Source: Octopus sinensis (Eukaryota). Taken from it: a stretch of 64,000 nucleotides of DNA. The notes under the pieces are model-generated. The model ran no database searches and was not told the DNA's origin. It saw only the letters and a program-made list of their open reading frames with translations. Made by a program: the position numbers and the translations under genes. The DNA is taken from positions 70,370,001 to 70,434,000 of the forward strand of contig NC_042997.1 of the NCBI RefSeq assembly GCF_006345805.1, written 5' to 3'. Below are positions 13,020-27,578 of this stretch, in pieces; the stretch's first letter is position 1, and every line of letters starts with the position of its first letter.

Positions 13020-13300
13020 TGTTGTAAAGGCGCTGAGGTGACAGAATCGTTAGAACACTTAGTGGCATTTACTCTGAGTTCAAATTCCTGGACTTGTGCT
13101 AAAATCTGAAACCAATAATTTTGTTGTTGCTGTTAAGGCGGCGAGCCGGTTGAATCGTTATCCCGCCGGACAAAGTGCTTTGCGGCATTTCGTCCGTCAT
13201 TACGTTCTGAGTTCAAATTCCGCAGAGGTAAATTTTGCCTTTTATTCAATCGGACTCTACAAAATAAGTACCTGCAACTTATTCTGGATTTATATTTGGA
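13020..13300 (+). mobile_element. Two tandem decayed tRNA-derived SINE fragments
   Basis: CTGAGTTCAAATTCC B-box twice, followed by GAGGTAAATTTTGCCTTTTATTC...AAATAAGTACC. Confidence 0.7.
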
Positions 13301-15259
13301 ACGTAAACTTATGGAGCGAAAATACAAGGTATTTCGATTGCAGCTTCACTCATTCTACTAACTACCACATTGAAACAAGTGATAATGCCAAGGGAATAAT
13401 TACACATCTGGAAGGAATGAGTATTTTCGATTATATGGTAGCAGTCTTAGACTGGTAAATAATCGATAAGCTTTGAAAAGATAAAAGTCATATTATCTCC
13501 TAGTGGTATGCGAACGTAGGAAATAAACACAGTAGGACGTTGTCCACCGCGCTGCCCATTTTTGTCAACCACCATCCTAGTAATATATATTTTTCTCTGT
13601 TCCAGAGTTTTACACACTTTATTCAAAATTCACTTGCTTTATTGATGTGACCAAGATATTTTCTCATCGACATATTTCTTTGTCTCATATCGGAGTTCTA
13701 TAAGCGTTCGTCGGGACACAGGTGATACATTTCCCGCTACTTGTTGGTTGGTCATAGTTTGCTACCTTCTCGCCAAACGGATATCAGAAAGTATCTTGTC
13801 TGGTGTTTATCAGTTCTAATAGCCTGCACGTCTAAGTTGGTATTTGATTTATCGTTATTGAAAAAAAAGGCAAGGTTGATCACAACAGAATTTGAATGCA
13901 GAGCGTAGATAATTTGATCTTATACCACAGGTTGGTCTTTCCAATACTTTAATGTCCCTGCTATTTCACAACTACTGCTCACATAATAAAATTCGCAATT
14001 ATTTTTTACCTTACGAACAAAAGAAAATAGGTAGAAAATTATAGTCGACTTGACCAGCCTAAGAACTTAAAGTTACGATCTCATTTAAATGAAAGTTAAA
14101 GTGTATTTAAAGAGGCGTAACTAAATATGTCGACAGAAGGCAATATATGAGATAAATACTTCAATAAAGTGTATTTGACAGGCAGAAATTAATATTTAAT
14201 TAGATTATGCGAGCTAATGAAATCAATATAGCTAAAGAATGCATGAAGGCAAAAATATGATTCAGAAAATAAAATTGCTAGACTTTGTTTATTGGGATAT
14301 TCCCTACCTTACACAACCGTTATGAAAGTTATGAAGTGGGACGATTATTACATATTAAAAACAGTTTAAGAACATACTGAGAAACGTCTAAATTTGTAAT
14401 ATTGATACAATACATAGTATTCCCCTCTCAGAAACCTGGGATATTTATGTAGTATTTCTACAACTCTAAAGTCAAGTAGAAATATCTACATCTAAATGTC
14501 TTCGTTTATGAGCAAAACCAGTAATTATCACAACTGGTTTGCTGTGAAGACACATAGCATATAAAGAGTCCGGTATGGCAGCTCTATGAAATTAATGGCT
14601 GTCAGCATAACATCTTGGGAAAGTAATATGTTTGTGTTTTATTAGAATGTCTCAAAATAGAGCGGATAATGATGATATTCGCTTACTTGGTTTTTGGATC
14701 TCACACGAATGCATAAGTTTTATCCTCACATTTTTTTTTTCACATTTCATCACTATGTTTTCTAGTTTTCGACTTTGGAACTGGTAACGTCTTTCCTCAC
14801 CGCCATTCTTTTAGTGCAGTTGAAGTTTACGTCGTGTTATTGTATTCCTCATTCCATATGGTAAATAACTTGTTTTACGAATTTCGAACAAGATCAGCGA
14901 ATATCAAATATGCTCTCGTATCACATTTTGACAAGGGCGAAGATAATATTTTTGAAAGGCAGAATAGGAAACCTAAAAATGAATAACTAGCATGGATTTA
15001 GTAAGTAAAACAAAAAATAGATATCTTCGTTTCGGAATCTAAAGATTATTTTTAGTAAACATATTACTGATGTCATATATACTCATATGAAATGCGAATT
15101 CAGTCGAAAATAAAACATTGCCATACGCACACACACACACATACACATACATATATATATATGTGTGTGTGTATGTATGCGTGTGTGCGAGTATGTGAGT
15201 GTGTGTATATAAAGATACATATATACATACACACACACACACACCACACACACACACAC

Positions 15260-15329
<70 letters not shown>

Positions 15330-15409
15330 CTTACATATATATATGTATGCGTATATATATATATTTTCTCTTTATTTTCTCTTTTCATTTTCTCTCTTTG
15401 TTTCACTGT

Positions 15410-15520
15410 GCGTTCCTTTCTGTGGAAGAGCGGAGGCTCGAAACGTTATGGACTTTTCACTTCCCGAGCGTTAAAGTAATACATCAAAAGAAGTCATTTG
15501 TTTTTTGTGAATTCTCCCCT
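15410..15520 (+). mobile_element. Penelope-type terminal repeat with degenerate hammerhead
   Basis: CCTTT-CTGTGGA-A-GAGC-GGAG-GCTC-GAAA-CG-TT, then CACTTCCCGAGCGTTAAAGTAATAC. Confidence 0.55.
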
Positions 15521-16059
15521 ATACATATATATATATTTGGGTTTCTCTTACGCCTGTCACCGCGGGAGCACTTTTCCATCTTCCCCTCAGTTGCAGTTTG
15601 TTTCCTTGCATGCTTATATATACACACACATATAATACCCCCACCTTTTGTACACACACGCACGCACATACATACACTCACTCCCACGCACTCACACACA
15701 CACATTTGCATATATATATACAATACACTTACACACACTTCAAATTTACTTGCCATACATACAACTACGCACACTGGACACACACACACTACAACTCAAC
15801 ACACACACGGCACGTACATACGCCCCCACACATTCCCTCCTTCCTCTTTTTACCACTGACCACTGACCTGCGACTGCTATGTCGACTACCTTTCGCCCTA
15901 CGTACACACACTTACACACAGACGCACGCACTAACATATACATATTTTTTATCTCGCCTTACACACACATACACACACGCACACGTACACACTCACACAT
16001 ACACATTATTCTTCCCATTCATCGAGTTGTTACCAACCTTCCTTTTTCCGCTCTTCTGT

Positions 16060-16308
16060 CTCTAAAAACCAGCCCCTGTTGTCCAAAACTTCCGGCCTTT
16101 CAGCATGTTTACTTCGTAAAAACCAGTCGCGTTTTTTTTCCCTCCGTTCGCCCACCTCGGGATCTTTCTTTCTCTTATGTTTCCGACGAAGAGCTCCGCT
16201 CGAAACGTCATACCCTCCTTCTTCCCATTTCCTGAGCGCCTAATAATAATACTTTAATTGTTCCACCTCCTTGTGTTGTAGTTTTTTTCTGTTTTCCCGT
16301 TTGGATTA

Positions 16309-16310
<2 letters not shown>
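16060..16310 (+). mobile_element. Penelope-type terminal repeat with hammerhead remnant (16179-16215)
   Basis: CCGACGA-A-GAGC-TCC-GCTC-GAAA-CG-TC; downstream CTGAGCGCCTAATAATA... is shared with 43390-43580. Confidence 0.6.
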
Positions 16311-16364
<54 letters not shown>

Positions 16365-16622
16365 TTCTTACATGCATACAGACATACACACATACAAGTA
16401 TATACAAGCACAGTCATGAGTGTATGTAAGGTAATATAAAAATTAGTATGCGTATGAATTTTATTGAACCTAAAGTATTAATTTTCCTGTATTTAGTAAC
16501 TTTATTTAGTATGTGGTGATTATTCAGGTACTTAGTATGTGTATATATATATATATATATATATAAATGTGCGTGTGTGTTTATGTATCTATGCACGTAT
16601 GTATGCATGTATGTACGTATAC

Positions 16623-16656
<34 letters not shown>

Positions 16657-17829
16657 ATTATTTGTCTTTAGCTGAAGGTTACAGTATGACCTTTCGATTG
16701 ACAGCTTCTCTCAAACATTCTGTCTTCTGAGATAATAGAGAGAACGTCTGCATCAACATAATTTATTTCTGTTTCATTATTGCCATACATCGAAATCGAA
16801 AGCATTGACTGTCATTGGCAGACGGAGAAGATGTTCTGTGCATATATGATATCGATATGTGTAAATATAAATCTATGAACTGTATATTCATAAGTTTTGT
16901 CTGATGACGTATATCTGAAATCGTTAGCATTCTTTTGGAAAATGAGTGGTCGAAACATATAATTTATAAAGCATTATTGCTTGTCAAGAAAAGGTCACAT
17001 TAACAAGAGTTTGAAATTGGAAATTGGTGATATTGAAAAATATATCCATGTTTTTGAAAAGTATTGTTGTTACTTTAATATATATCATCAGGTATATGAG
17101 CTCAATGATAATAATTAGCCTCTGTTTTTGAAAAGTGGAGAAATGGCTTTGTTATTAAGATAAAATTAAAAAGCAAATATTCAGCCGTAATTTGATTTCT
17201 ATAAATAGCAAAGCAGGAAATAGAGACTCTAGTCTAAACATCGAATATCAAACTTTTTCAATCACACTGCAACCACTAATCCTCAACTATGAATCAGAAG
17301 AAATCATATTTCATATACGACCGACAACAAAACCTTTTATAATCCAGTATTGTCTTTCTGGAACATCTGTCATAAACACAAAGAAGAAACACAGCTAAGC
17401 ATTCATCAAGTTTAACAATGCAAACTATTAAGCGTCCATAACTAAAGTTTACTGTTAAAACAGTCTTGAATCTATTAAAAAATACATTGAATCATCGATA
17501 AAAACATGCAAATAATAAAATTATTCTAGAAATTTTGTACCTTTTGAAATAATCTTACATTAAAAAAAACAAAAAAGCAAAGTATTGAACTTTTTGGGAT
17601 TCCGTGTACTTCTTTTGATCCATGTGCAAATATAAGATAATACTGAGTTTCCAAATGCAATTGTCGTTTATATTCTCGGTAGGAACCATGTAAAATGCAA
17701 TCGTGTGCAAGTTTACCATCACAGACGTGATGGCTTCTTAAATTATAAAAATTCAACAGAAAGCAGCAGTTACATTCTGAAGAAGAAAAAAGATACTGAG
17801 ACTTTGACACAAAACTACAAAAGATGTAT

Positions 17830-17975
17830 GATGTTACGTTCTGAGTTCAAATTCCGCCGAGGTCGACTTTGCCTTTCATCCTTTCGGGGTCGATAAATTA
17901 AGTACCAGTTACGCACTGGGGGCGATGTAATCGACTTAATCCGTTTGTCTGTCCTTGTTTGTCCCCTCTGTGTAA
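17830..17975 (+). mobile_element. tRNA-derived SINE fragment
   Basis: GAGTTCAAATTCCGCCGAGGTCGACTTTGCCTTTCATCCTTTCGGGGTCGATAAATTAAGTACCAG; matches 55905-56100 in reverse. Confidence 0.85.
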
Positions 17976-19220
17976 TAAAGAAATAATATATTATTAGCAT
18001 TATCCATCGTTTGAGAATAAAATTATTTCCTTATCTTTCAATACATCTCAACGCTTCTAAATCAAACTTTCGTGGTAATGTCAATAATCATTTTAGAAAA
18101 TATTTCTGTAAGTGCAGGTCTATATTTCACAATGCGATGGAAATACAGTATATATTTAGCTACAATTATTCAACAAAAACAAGCTGTATTAAAATTCCAC
18201 ATCTATAAACATCTAATTAATATTGATGAAATATACTAACCCTAACAGCACCAGCACCAGCATGCAAATTCCACTTCGAAAATCTGTAATAAGTTATGGA
18301 CAAAAGCTAGAGAAAATCCTTTGTTTACTAAACCACAGACTGTTAGCACTGAATGGCACTGAATGGAACCGAATGGCACTGAATGGCACCAAATGGCATA
18401 GACAGCAACGACTTATCAAGAAACCCATATACATCAATGCAATTATGCTTCAAGAAAAATAAAAAGAAGTTATGGTACCGCGATCGCTAGTTGTATCTAG
18501 AATCTGACGACTATGAACATACACTGTAATACTTCATGCTGAAATTGTCACTCTGTAATATTTCTTTCATTTCTCTTTTTATTTTATAAGGGCACATTAG
18601 AGAATTGAAATTTCACTAATCTCACACATATTATGTTGAACAGTTCAATAGAGAAAGCTAATTAACCTCAAACAACCTACATATGTACTGATATCTATAG
18701 CTATACCTATCAAATTCAAAGCCAAAAATATTTCAAATGAAATAGAACAACAATTGTCTTATGATTTTAACATCACAATGATCTCCTGTTGGTCAATAAA
18801 TATATATTTCTCAATCCATATTCTATCATCAAGCATATAAAAAACATGGAATCTTGTCTTTGACATAACATATCCATCGACAGTATAACGAAAAGTATTG
18901 ACACTTGTAGAATGCACATGCAATTTACTTTCCATCATGCAAAACCAAATTTTACAATTTTGTATTTTAACCACAAAATTTCTAAAAGTAATTATAGCAT
19001 CAGAAAAATAATCAATAGTGAGTTCAATATAATCAATCCCTTACATGAGAAGTCCGAAAATAATATAAAGTGGGGATCATTATCTGATATAGAAACATTA
19101 GGCTAATGATAGACAATAATTTCTACAATAGTCTACAAAGAAATATTGAGTCGTACTTTCGTGTGTGATGGCTTAAATTGCTACACATACATACATACAT
19201 ACGTCTCCCCAGTCACAACA

Positions 19221-19294
<74 letters not shown>

Positions 19295-19299
19295 GGTAT

Positions 19300-19770
19300 G
19301 TAGAAAAATACAACATGGACAAGAACGTATAACTCTTAGAAGACGATACAATAAACATGGACAGGACATTCGAACCCCTCAGTCTTCAGTCAAGAACCGG
19401 ATCATCGTAGTAATTTCGGCTGATTAATCTTGAGATTACTAGATCACGGCCAGCCCTCCAAGAAAAACTAAGCAACGAGCATTAGAAAAACTAAGCTGGA
19501 AGCGTAGATTTCCTGGAAGAAGGATCGAATGCATACGAACACCAGGACAGCAAAAGGGACAGATATAAAAAAACAAAAAACAATAATGGAATACAGAAAC
19601 ATGAAATACAGAAGCATTAACGGTGAAAACAACAAGTGTCTTACGACTGATAACAAGCAAACAAATTTTTTCTCTGGCGCATTGGAAAAAGCCTTTATAG
19701 CGGCGGACGAAAACAACGATGTTAACACGACGAGGGTCAGGAGCTGAAAGGCAGATTTCGGCCAACAGTC
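19300..19770. mobile_element. Probable deleted Penelope-like element fragment
   Basis: Terminal-repeat-like TAATTTCGGCTGATT and TCTTCAGTC motifs plus decayed coding-like sequence. Confidence 0.3.
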
Positions 19771-20144
19771 ACGTGACAGAGAAGAGGGAAAAGAAAAGAA
19801 AGAGAGGCAAAGGAAGAGAGAGAGAGAAAAGGGGGACAAAACGCAACAAAGAGAGAGAAGAGAGAGAAAGAAGGAATCAGAGAGGAGAAGGGATGGGTGT
19901 CGAAGAATGACCTGTGAGTGCAGAGCGAGACAAAGAATAGGAAGGTAGTGGAAGACTAGACCAAAGGATCAGAGGAAAGAGAAGATGAATAGAGAGAAAA
20001 GAGAGAGAGGGGGGGACAGATCAAGTAAAAATGAGAGAGAGAGAGAGACAAACAGAGAGTCGTACCAATTATTAAGAATATGTGTTCACATTAATGATAA
20101 GGGGGGTACGGGGCGCCTGGAATATATATATATATACATACATA

Positions 20145-20993
20145 TGAGGTCTGATCAATAAGTATCCGGACTGTTTCCATAGTAACGAAGCTAAGGCACG
20201 CACAGTAAACCCGCAAAGTGCAGATTGACCTTGAACTTTGCTGTGCATGCGCACTAAGTGTTAACGTTCTAGCTTACGCTCGCTGTTTACAACAGTGCTC
20301 GAAAGAAAGCTGTGTAGCGTGTAATCGTCGCCATGGACCATGACAGAAAATGTTGACAATTGACCATGACAGAGACCTACGTAAGGTTGCAGACAGTATA
20401 TGGAGAAAAGTGCAAGAGCTGCACACAAGTGTACGAGTCGTTCAGACGTTTCCAAGATGACCAAAAAACTGTCGATATTGACTAACGTTTTGGGAGATTC
20501 GCAAACAGCAGAGCTAAGAAAACCAATGCAGATGTGCGTGCAATTGCGGGTCACCATCCGTGAGTTATCAGAGGGTGTGTAGATTAGTTACGATTCAGTT
20601 CATCTCATTATCATTGCAGATTTGGATTTGAGATGCGTGTCTGCCAAGTTTGTGCCAAAACTGCTTTCAGCTGACCAAAATGACACTCGAGTTTCAGCTG
20701 CACAAGATCTCCATGATTGTGTCGAGAACGATGAAAATTTTGTTCTGTCCTCTGAGCAGGTATCGCCAAGCAGAATCTCTCCTCAGCTTACTCTGCCATG
20801 GACAATGCGACGGTCACACGCTACACACCTTCCTTTCAAGCACTGCTATAAACAGCCGAAGTGAGCCAGAACGTCAAAACTTAGTGCGCATGCACAGCAG
20901 AGTTCAAAGTCAATCTGAGCCAAGCGGCATTACTCGCTGTGCTATAGCTTCGTTACTATGTCAACAGTCCGGATACTTATTGATCAGACCACG
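20145..20993. mobile_element. Non-autonomous mariner derivative with ~200-bp inverted arms
   Basis: TIR TGAGGTCTGATCAATAAGTATCCGGACTG at both ends, TA flanks, internal remnant LRCVSAKFVPKLLS (WVP-type motif). Confidence 0.9.
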
Positions 20994-21229
20994 TACGCAC
21001 ACACGCGCGCGCGCGCATATATGTATACACATGTACTGCAGCATCCCTTCAGTGATTTTCTTTGTCATAACCAGAAATGGCTCTGACGACAGTAGTATTA
21101 ACTTTTTAAGTCGTTCAACTCAAATTATCAATAAGCCAATTGAGTAAACCTATCCGTAACGAACCTATAACGACTACGGGAAACAGCAATAAAAGAAAAA
21201 TATATAATGACCATTATTTATACCTTGTT

Positions 21230-21304
<75 letters not shown>

Positions 21305-21323
21305 CCTATCTATCTATCTATCG

Positions 21324-21354
<31 letters not shown>

Positions 21355-21511
21355 CATATATATATATATACATATATATATATATGAGCACATACATATG
21401 TATTCGCATATACATACATGTACATATTATATGTGTATATAAACTCCTACACGCACAAGTTGAAGCACACACAAACACACATATATCTATAAAGAGAGAT
21501 AGAGGGGATAA

Positions 21512-21598
<87 letters not shown>

Positions 21599-22158
21599 GA
21601 GGGAGAAACAGACAGACAGGCATGTAAGAACTTCATTTTATAGCCGTTTACTTATTTACACTATAAATACCAGCCACAGACGGTACTAGAACGTATAAAA
21701 ACAGCATATACACAGTTTTATATTTGTCAGTCATTTTAAGAAAGAGAAACGGCCAAGAAATTTGATATTTTCGACCGGAAATAGATTGGTTAGGATTGTG
21801 GGATGTATAACCATAAACATTGATAACTGGTGTATAAGAAGTGTAAAGCTATATCCCTGTTAGCAAGGTCAAGATGGCAGGTTAGAAGTATATAAAGCAG
21901 TAAATCTACCGACTTGTAGTATTTAACAGTTAAATTGATAAAAGACATGCGTGAAGAGATATATCTATCAAATGTGATACCACGAAACCACGACATATAT
22001 TGAGTGTCAAGCCAAAAAGTAAGAGGAAAGTGCGGGCTCTTTAAGCACACATATTTATTCATACACACTCGTATACATATACACACTCACAAACACGCGC
22101 GCACACACACACACTTAACTGTATGTATGAGTGAAAATACATTTAATTATATTTACGT

Positions 22159-22221
<63 letters not shown>

Positions 22222-23667
22222 AGTGTGTGTGTGTGTGTGTGTATTCTCATGTATATTCTCTTATTTTTTATTTGAAATCTCCCTGTATGGAATGAGTTGG
22301 TTTCTAAGGTCTTTAGTTTCTACAAAGGCCTATCATTGGAATATACATAGTGAATTTGAACAATTTCCTGCATACTTTTACTTTTCTGCTTACCGATTGT
22401 GTTTTTCATATCGCTGGTAGCTGATTGATTTCTTTTCCTGGCAATTTTAGCTTGCCCATGTTGAGACTCAAGCATTTATTTACACAACCAAGTACACCAA
22501 TTATTATTGGTATAAATGTGAAGAAGCTCAAATTTTCAAAGTGGTTGTTCATAGGCTTTTCGAAGAAATTTTCTCAACATCAAGGCGGCTGACCTCTCTC
22601 ATGGTGCCTTTTTTTTTTATTTGCTTCAAACAGCTATATCCAGCCTACTCTATTGACACTTGTAATCTTTGAATGTTCCACCTATATTCCTGTATTGAAT
22701 AACTGGAAAATTCTCCAAATTTATTATCGGGCACTTCTTCCTTGTTTGGACCGCATTGCATATCGTCATTTCGCATTGTGAAGTAGAACCAGCCTCGATG
22801 ACATTTTGGATCATTTGCTGATGGCTTCCACAGAGCTGTGACAAAATCGTCATTTTTAGATGGGTCTTCAGGTTCAAAGGGTTTCAATATCCCCTCCTCA
22901 CCGTGGTGGGGACGCTGGCAACGGGCAGTGTCAGACCTATGCCGTCGGCAACTTCGGTTCCTGGTAGGGCCACCTAAGGCAGCTTGGTCTGACACCGAGT
23001 GGTATTAGGGCCCCAACCCGGCAGACGGGGCTCTGGTAAAAATCCTCAGAGTGTCTGCTTCGGCAACCGGCGGCTCCTCGGTCGTTCTGTCGCTGAGTCT
23101 GCGGACAATCTGCGGCAAACATGATGTCTCCACATGCAGGATTGTAGGGGACCGCTTGTGAAATCCACATATTCCCACGAAACTTCTTCCATCAGTAGAA
23201 GAAGCCGACTCAACCCGCCCAGGGTGAATGTCTCCACAAGTACAAGTAAGTAATATATATTTTGTTTATTAAGTATAATGTAGTAATCTCCTCATCCTGG
23301 TATTGAAAACGCATAACATTGAATGTGTGACTTAGCAGTCGCGAATTTAAGGAAGGCTACACTTCAGGTCTATATCCGTGTAATCTTCTAGTTATCAGGA
23401 AAGATAATCCATGCATATGGAATGCTGAGCGTTTAACATCCAGGACTTCTTTTAAGGTATCTCAATCCAGCTGTTTTAGTGGTGTTTGGGAGGTCATCAG
23501 GAAAGGATTGTTCCTGAAAAGCCTACTCTCTTCAAGTAGGATGTTGTTTTCTTCACTTTTCAGCACTAGGTTTACATATTTATTTTTTCAGCACTAGGTT
23601 TACATATTTATTTTTTACTGCTCTTGTTTAGCAGATAATGTCTGGTAAACACCATAAGGCATTTTTT

Positions 23668-24160
23668 TTTCAATTCAATTCAATTTTTATTGCCTCAAAA
23701 AGCAAAAGCAAAGTCATGTAGGGGGACAGAGAGTTATGTACAAGGAGGGTGGTCATACAAAGAGTTCAGGTCATTTCTGGTCAAGAGAGACTTTGAACCG
23801 AGCGGTCGTCGGTATCTTTACTATCTCGTCCGGCAGCTTATTCCACAGATCCGCAACCCGGACGGAGAAAGCCCCTCTCCTTCGATTGAGATGAAATCGA
23901 TGTAGATAGAGCTTTTCGGAGTGTCCCCATAGCCCACGCTCTGGAGCAGGAGTGAAGAACAGCTCTTTCGAGAGGTTATACTTTCCGCTTAAGATGTTGT
24001 GAGCGAGAATGAGATCACCACGGCGTCGTCGTTTTTCGAGAGAATAAAGGTCGAGCGTCTTCAGCCTTTCTTCATAAGACAAATGCTTGAGACTAAGAAC
24101 CATGCGGGTAGTCAGCTTCTGGACTCTTTCGAGATGAAGTATGTCTCGGGAGACGTCGGG
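23668..24160 (-). mobile_element. CR1-group LINE 3' end
   Basis: LERVQKLTTRMV...LSYEERLKTLDLYSLEKRRRRGDLI...FSVRVADLWNKLP, with an (AATTG)n-like tail at ~23670. Confidence 0.9.
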
Positions 24161-24950
24161 CAGCGAACCATTAACTTGACTTTGAAGGAGCGATCTGAGA
24201 GGAAGGCAACAACCCATCGTACAATATCCGGATGGAAACGATATGCTTGAAGCTTGACAAGTAATAGGCGGTGGTTAGCCGAGTAGATTATTACTTTAAC
24301 GCTCGGGACTTCCTTTGCAGAGCAATCAAGTATCCAATTGCTGTTAACAGATTTGGTGCAACAAATAACTGATGGACTCTAACAGCAGACCCTTCCCATC
24401 CACAATTGTCTTTGTCTGGGTGTTATTCTCCTGTCCCGATATATTTTCTTCACATCAATGCCTATGTATTTGCAGCATTCAGTTTTTAAACAGAAGCTTC
24501 GTTATCGTTAAGCATCCAATATCCAGATTGTTGTTTTCTCCAAGTGTTATTTTCCACTGGTTTGTTTCCGTTCAATATTTTCATGAGCAAGTGGCTCTTT
24601 ACTTTTTCTTCGACAAGAATAGTTTTTCGCTCAGCGATAGCTTAGAGAAACTGGGAAAGTATCATTTACAAACTGCAGTTTTAGAATGTTCCTAACTGAA
24701 ATATATTGTGTAGTCGTGTCTGTCGAATCGATTACATGTGTGGATATACGAGAATATAGTGATTGCGACTGCGGTTTGTTTACATTATTATCGGTCTTTC
24801 TAATTTTAGTTATACCTCAGTGTTTTCAGAAATTCGATTAGTATTACGAGATTTGAAATAAGACATGCTATCTGTAATAGATATATTTGTTTTCCTTTTC
24901 GCAATGAATGGTGCTTGTTGCCGTAGCTGTTTTGCCATAAAATACCTTAG

Positions 24951-26021
24951 CCTTTTGAGCCCGCAACACCCCAGGTTTACTGGTGGATGGGTTATTTTTC
25001 TCTATACTGTACCACCTCTCTACCGGTGGAATGCATCTGCACTAAAGAACGACGATATATTTTTATCCAACGATCAAATGACGATACTTTACAAGACAAG
25101 ACTCCATTATCGCTGGCCAGGAATGCTCTTCGTGAAATTTCTCAAGTGGGCGATCTACAACGCATATGTTATATTCCAGTCTCTTTACCGAGAAGGCCAA
25201 GAAGTACATATTCCACAAATTTCTGGATCAACACAGTGTGGGGTTTGTCGGTGAGTTTGGCAAGAAAGCTGTTCGCAGAGTTCGTGATCGTGAAGTCCCT
25301 GTCGTCCCCAAAACGTAGGCCGCCACCATCCACACATTCCAGCGGACGGGTCTACAAACACACTGTGCTAAAAAGTACAATAAATTCAAGTCAGAAAACT
25401 CCAGTGTTCCTTACAAGGATTATCCTGTCAAAGCAGTCAAATCAGCTATCATATTGCCAAGAATGCAAGGTTCATTTGTGTCAAAAGCGAATCAACGTGC
25501 TGGACCGATTGGCATACCAAGGTGGAATATTAACACTAAGAGCCAGGTGGAGGCACATGGGCTAGTGGTTAGAGCAGCGGACTCGTGGTCGAGGGATCGC
25601 GGATTCGAATCTCAGACCGGGTGATGTGTGTTTTTATGAGCGAAAACACCTAAGCTCCACGCGGCTCCGGCAGAAGGTAATGTCGAACTTCTGCTGACTC
25701 TTTCGCCACAACTTTCTCTCACTCTTTCCTCCTGCATTTTGTAGCTCACCTTCGACGGACCGGCGTCCCGTCCAGGTGGAGAACCTATACGCCAAGAAAC
25801 CGGGAAACCGGCCCTTATGAGTCAGGCATGGCTCGAAAAGGAACAAACAAACTAAGAGCCAGGTAGGCATCTCTGTTGTATGTTTGTGTTCTCAGATTGT
25901 TATTGACATAGATATTTCTGTTTTGAGCGCTGTAATTGATACCAACCCAATTGTCAGTTTATTTTGCTTAGAAAGCTAGGTACATGGTCAGATAAGTTTC
26001 AGGAGGACAGGGCTCAAAGGG
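24951..26021 (+). mobile_element. Internally deleted piggyBac-like transposon
   Basis: Left TTAG|CCTTTTGAGCCC, right GGGCTCAAAGGG|TTAA; remnant DQMTILYKTRLHYRWPGMLFVKFLKWAIYNAYVIF and C-terminal CQECKVHLC. Confidence 0.85.
25549..25850 (+). mobile_element. tRNA-derived SINE inserted in the piggyBac, 14-bp TSD
   Basis: A-box-like TGGGCTAGTGG, B box GATTCGAATC; TSD ACTAAGAGCCAGGT at 25535-25548 and 25851-25864. Confidence 0.92.
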
Positions 26022-26726
26022 TTAAGTTTGGGTGAAATTCTTCCCAGTAGCTTTCTAGAGTTTCATGTAGCCAGGTTTTTCATAGCATTAAAAGAGATAT
26101 CGATATAAATGTGGACTGTGACGTAAGAAATGTACTTACGTTGTTTTAAATAACTTACAGTTAAACTGTTTATGCTTGTATCAGTGTTGGTATTGTTATC
26201 ACTAGCAGGAATCATCATAAGAGCGAAATTTCACGTGTTAAAATATATATTTTGTAATACATATTATGTAATACTATATTTCTCAAATCAGTATCGTCAG
26301 TACAGAAATATTTCTTTTTATTATCAGATTCTGATCTGAATGAGCAGATTTTGGTCAAGAACGTTATTATAAATATAAGACATTATCCAACTTACCCTTC
26401 TTTTTCAAATACGCTATGACATGTTTTAAGGATATTTCAGTTTACGTTTCTGCTGGTCGAGAGCACAGAATGTTAGAGTCAGTTGAAATTTGATTAACGA
26501 AGCCTTATGCGAAAAGCATTCACATCGTTACTCTGGAATGTTGTTCGATTATATATGAACTTTGTGATTGCTTTTAATAAATGCTTCCGTTTGAGTACAC
26601 CTCAAGTAAACTTATGACGGTTTCAAAGGAATTAGAACTGTTACGAATGTAGTTGCATACAATTATAGAGACATCATACACAACTACACACGCTTATGCA
26701 TATCTAACTAAATACATAGATTTATG

Positions 26727-26759
<33 letters not shown>

Positions 26760-26769
26760 TATATATATA

Positions 26770-26800
<31 letters not shown>

Positions 26801-27015
26801 GTGTGTATGTGTGTGTTTGTGTGTTTCTATACACGTGCACACGCACACACACACACACACACAGAGGAATATATCTAAATATTAGAAACTTTCGTTTCAT
26901 AGCAGGCGTAGCTATGTGGCTCATTAGTCTCGGATTCAGTCCTTGGGCACGTATCTTCAACTATAGTCCGGGTTGGTCAATGCTTACATGTGAATTTGAT
27001 AGACCTAAACTACAC

Positions 27016-27103
<88 letters not shown>

Positions 27104-27214
27104 CTAATACATCTGTTTGTTGTCTACACCACCTGTTTTCGTCTGTTTTTTTATGAATTCTCCCCCATATAAATATTTGTGTATGTATGTATGTATATAT
27201 GTATATTCTTTCAT

Positions 27215-27578
27215 TCTTTTATGCTTTTACTTCTTTCAGTCATTTGACTGTTGCCATTTAGTCGAACAAATCGACCCCAGAATTTATTCTTAGTAAGTTT
27301 AGTACTTATCCTATTCGTCTCTTTTGCCGAACCGATAAATTACTGGAACGTAAACACACCAACATCGGTTGTCAAGCGATGATAGGGGACAAACACAGAC
27401 ACACAAATACATATATGACAAGCTTCTTTAAGTTTCCTTTTACCAAATTAACTGATAAGACTTTTGTCAGCCCGAGGCTATAGTAGAAGACTCTTGCTCA
27501 AGGTGCCATGCAGTGGGAATGAACTCGGAACCATGTGGTTGGGGAGCAAGTTTCTAACTACAGAGCAACTCCTGCGCC
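27215..27578 (-). mobile_element. tRNA-derived CORE-like SINE
   Basis: Minus strand GGCGCAGGAG...CCACATGGTTCCGAGTTCATTCC...GGCACCTTGAGCAAGAGTCTTCTACTATAGCCTCGGG; homologous to 33890-34228, 41140-41285 and 46395-46760. Confidence 0.85.

Noticed and set aside
22640-23250. Minus-strand ORFs of 63-116 aa
   Set aside because: Resembles decayed LINE 5' sequence but has no motif allowing a supported call
23561-23615. ~30-bp tandem duplication (TTCAGCACTAGGTTTACATATTTATTTTT x2), and similar short duplications at 40640-40700 and 51200-51530
   Set aside because: Ordinary slippage or possible assembly artefacts next to microsatellites, with no further structure
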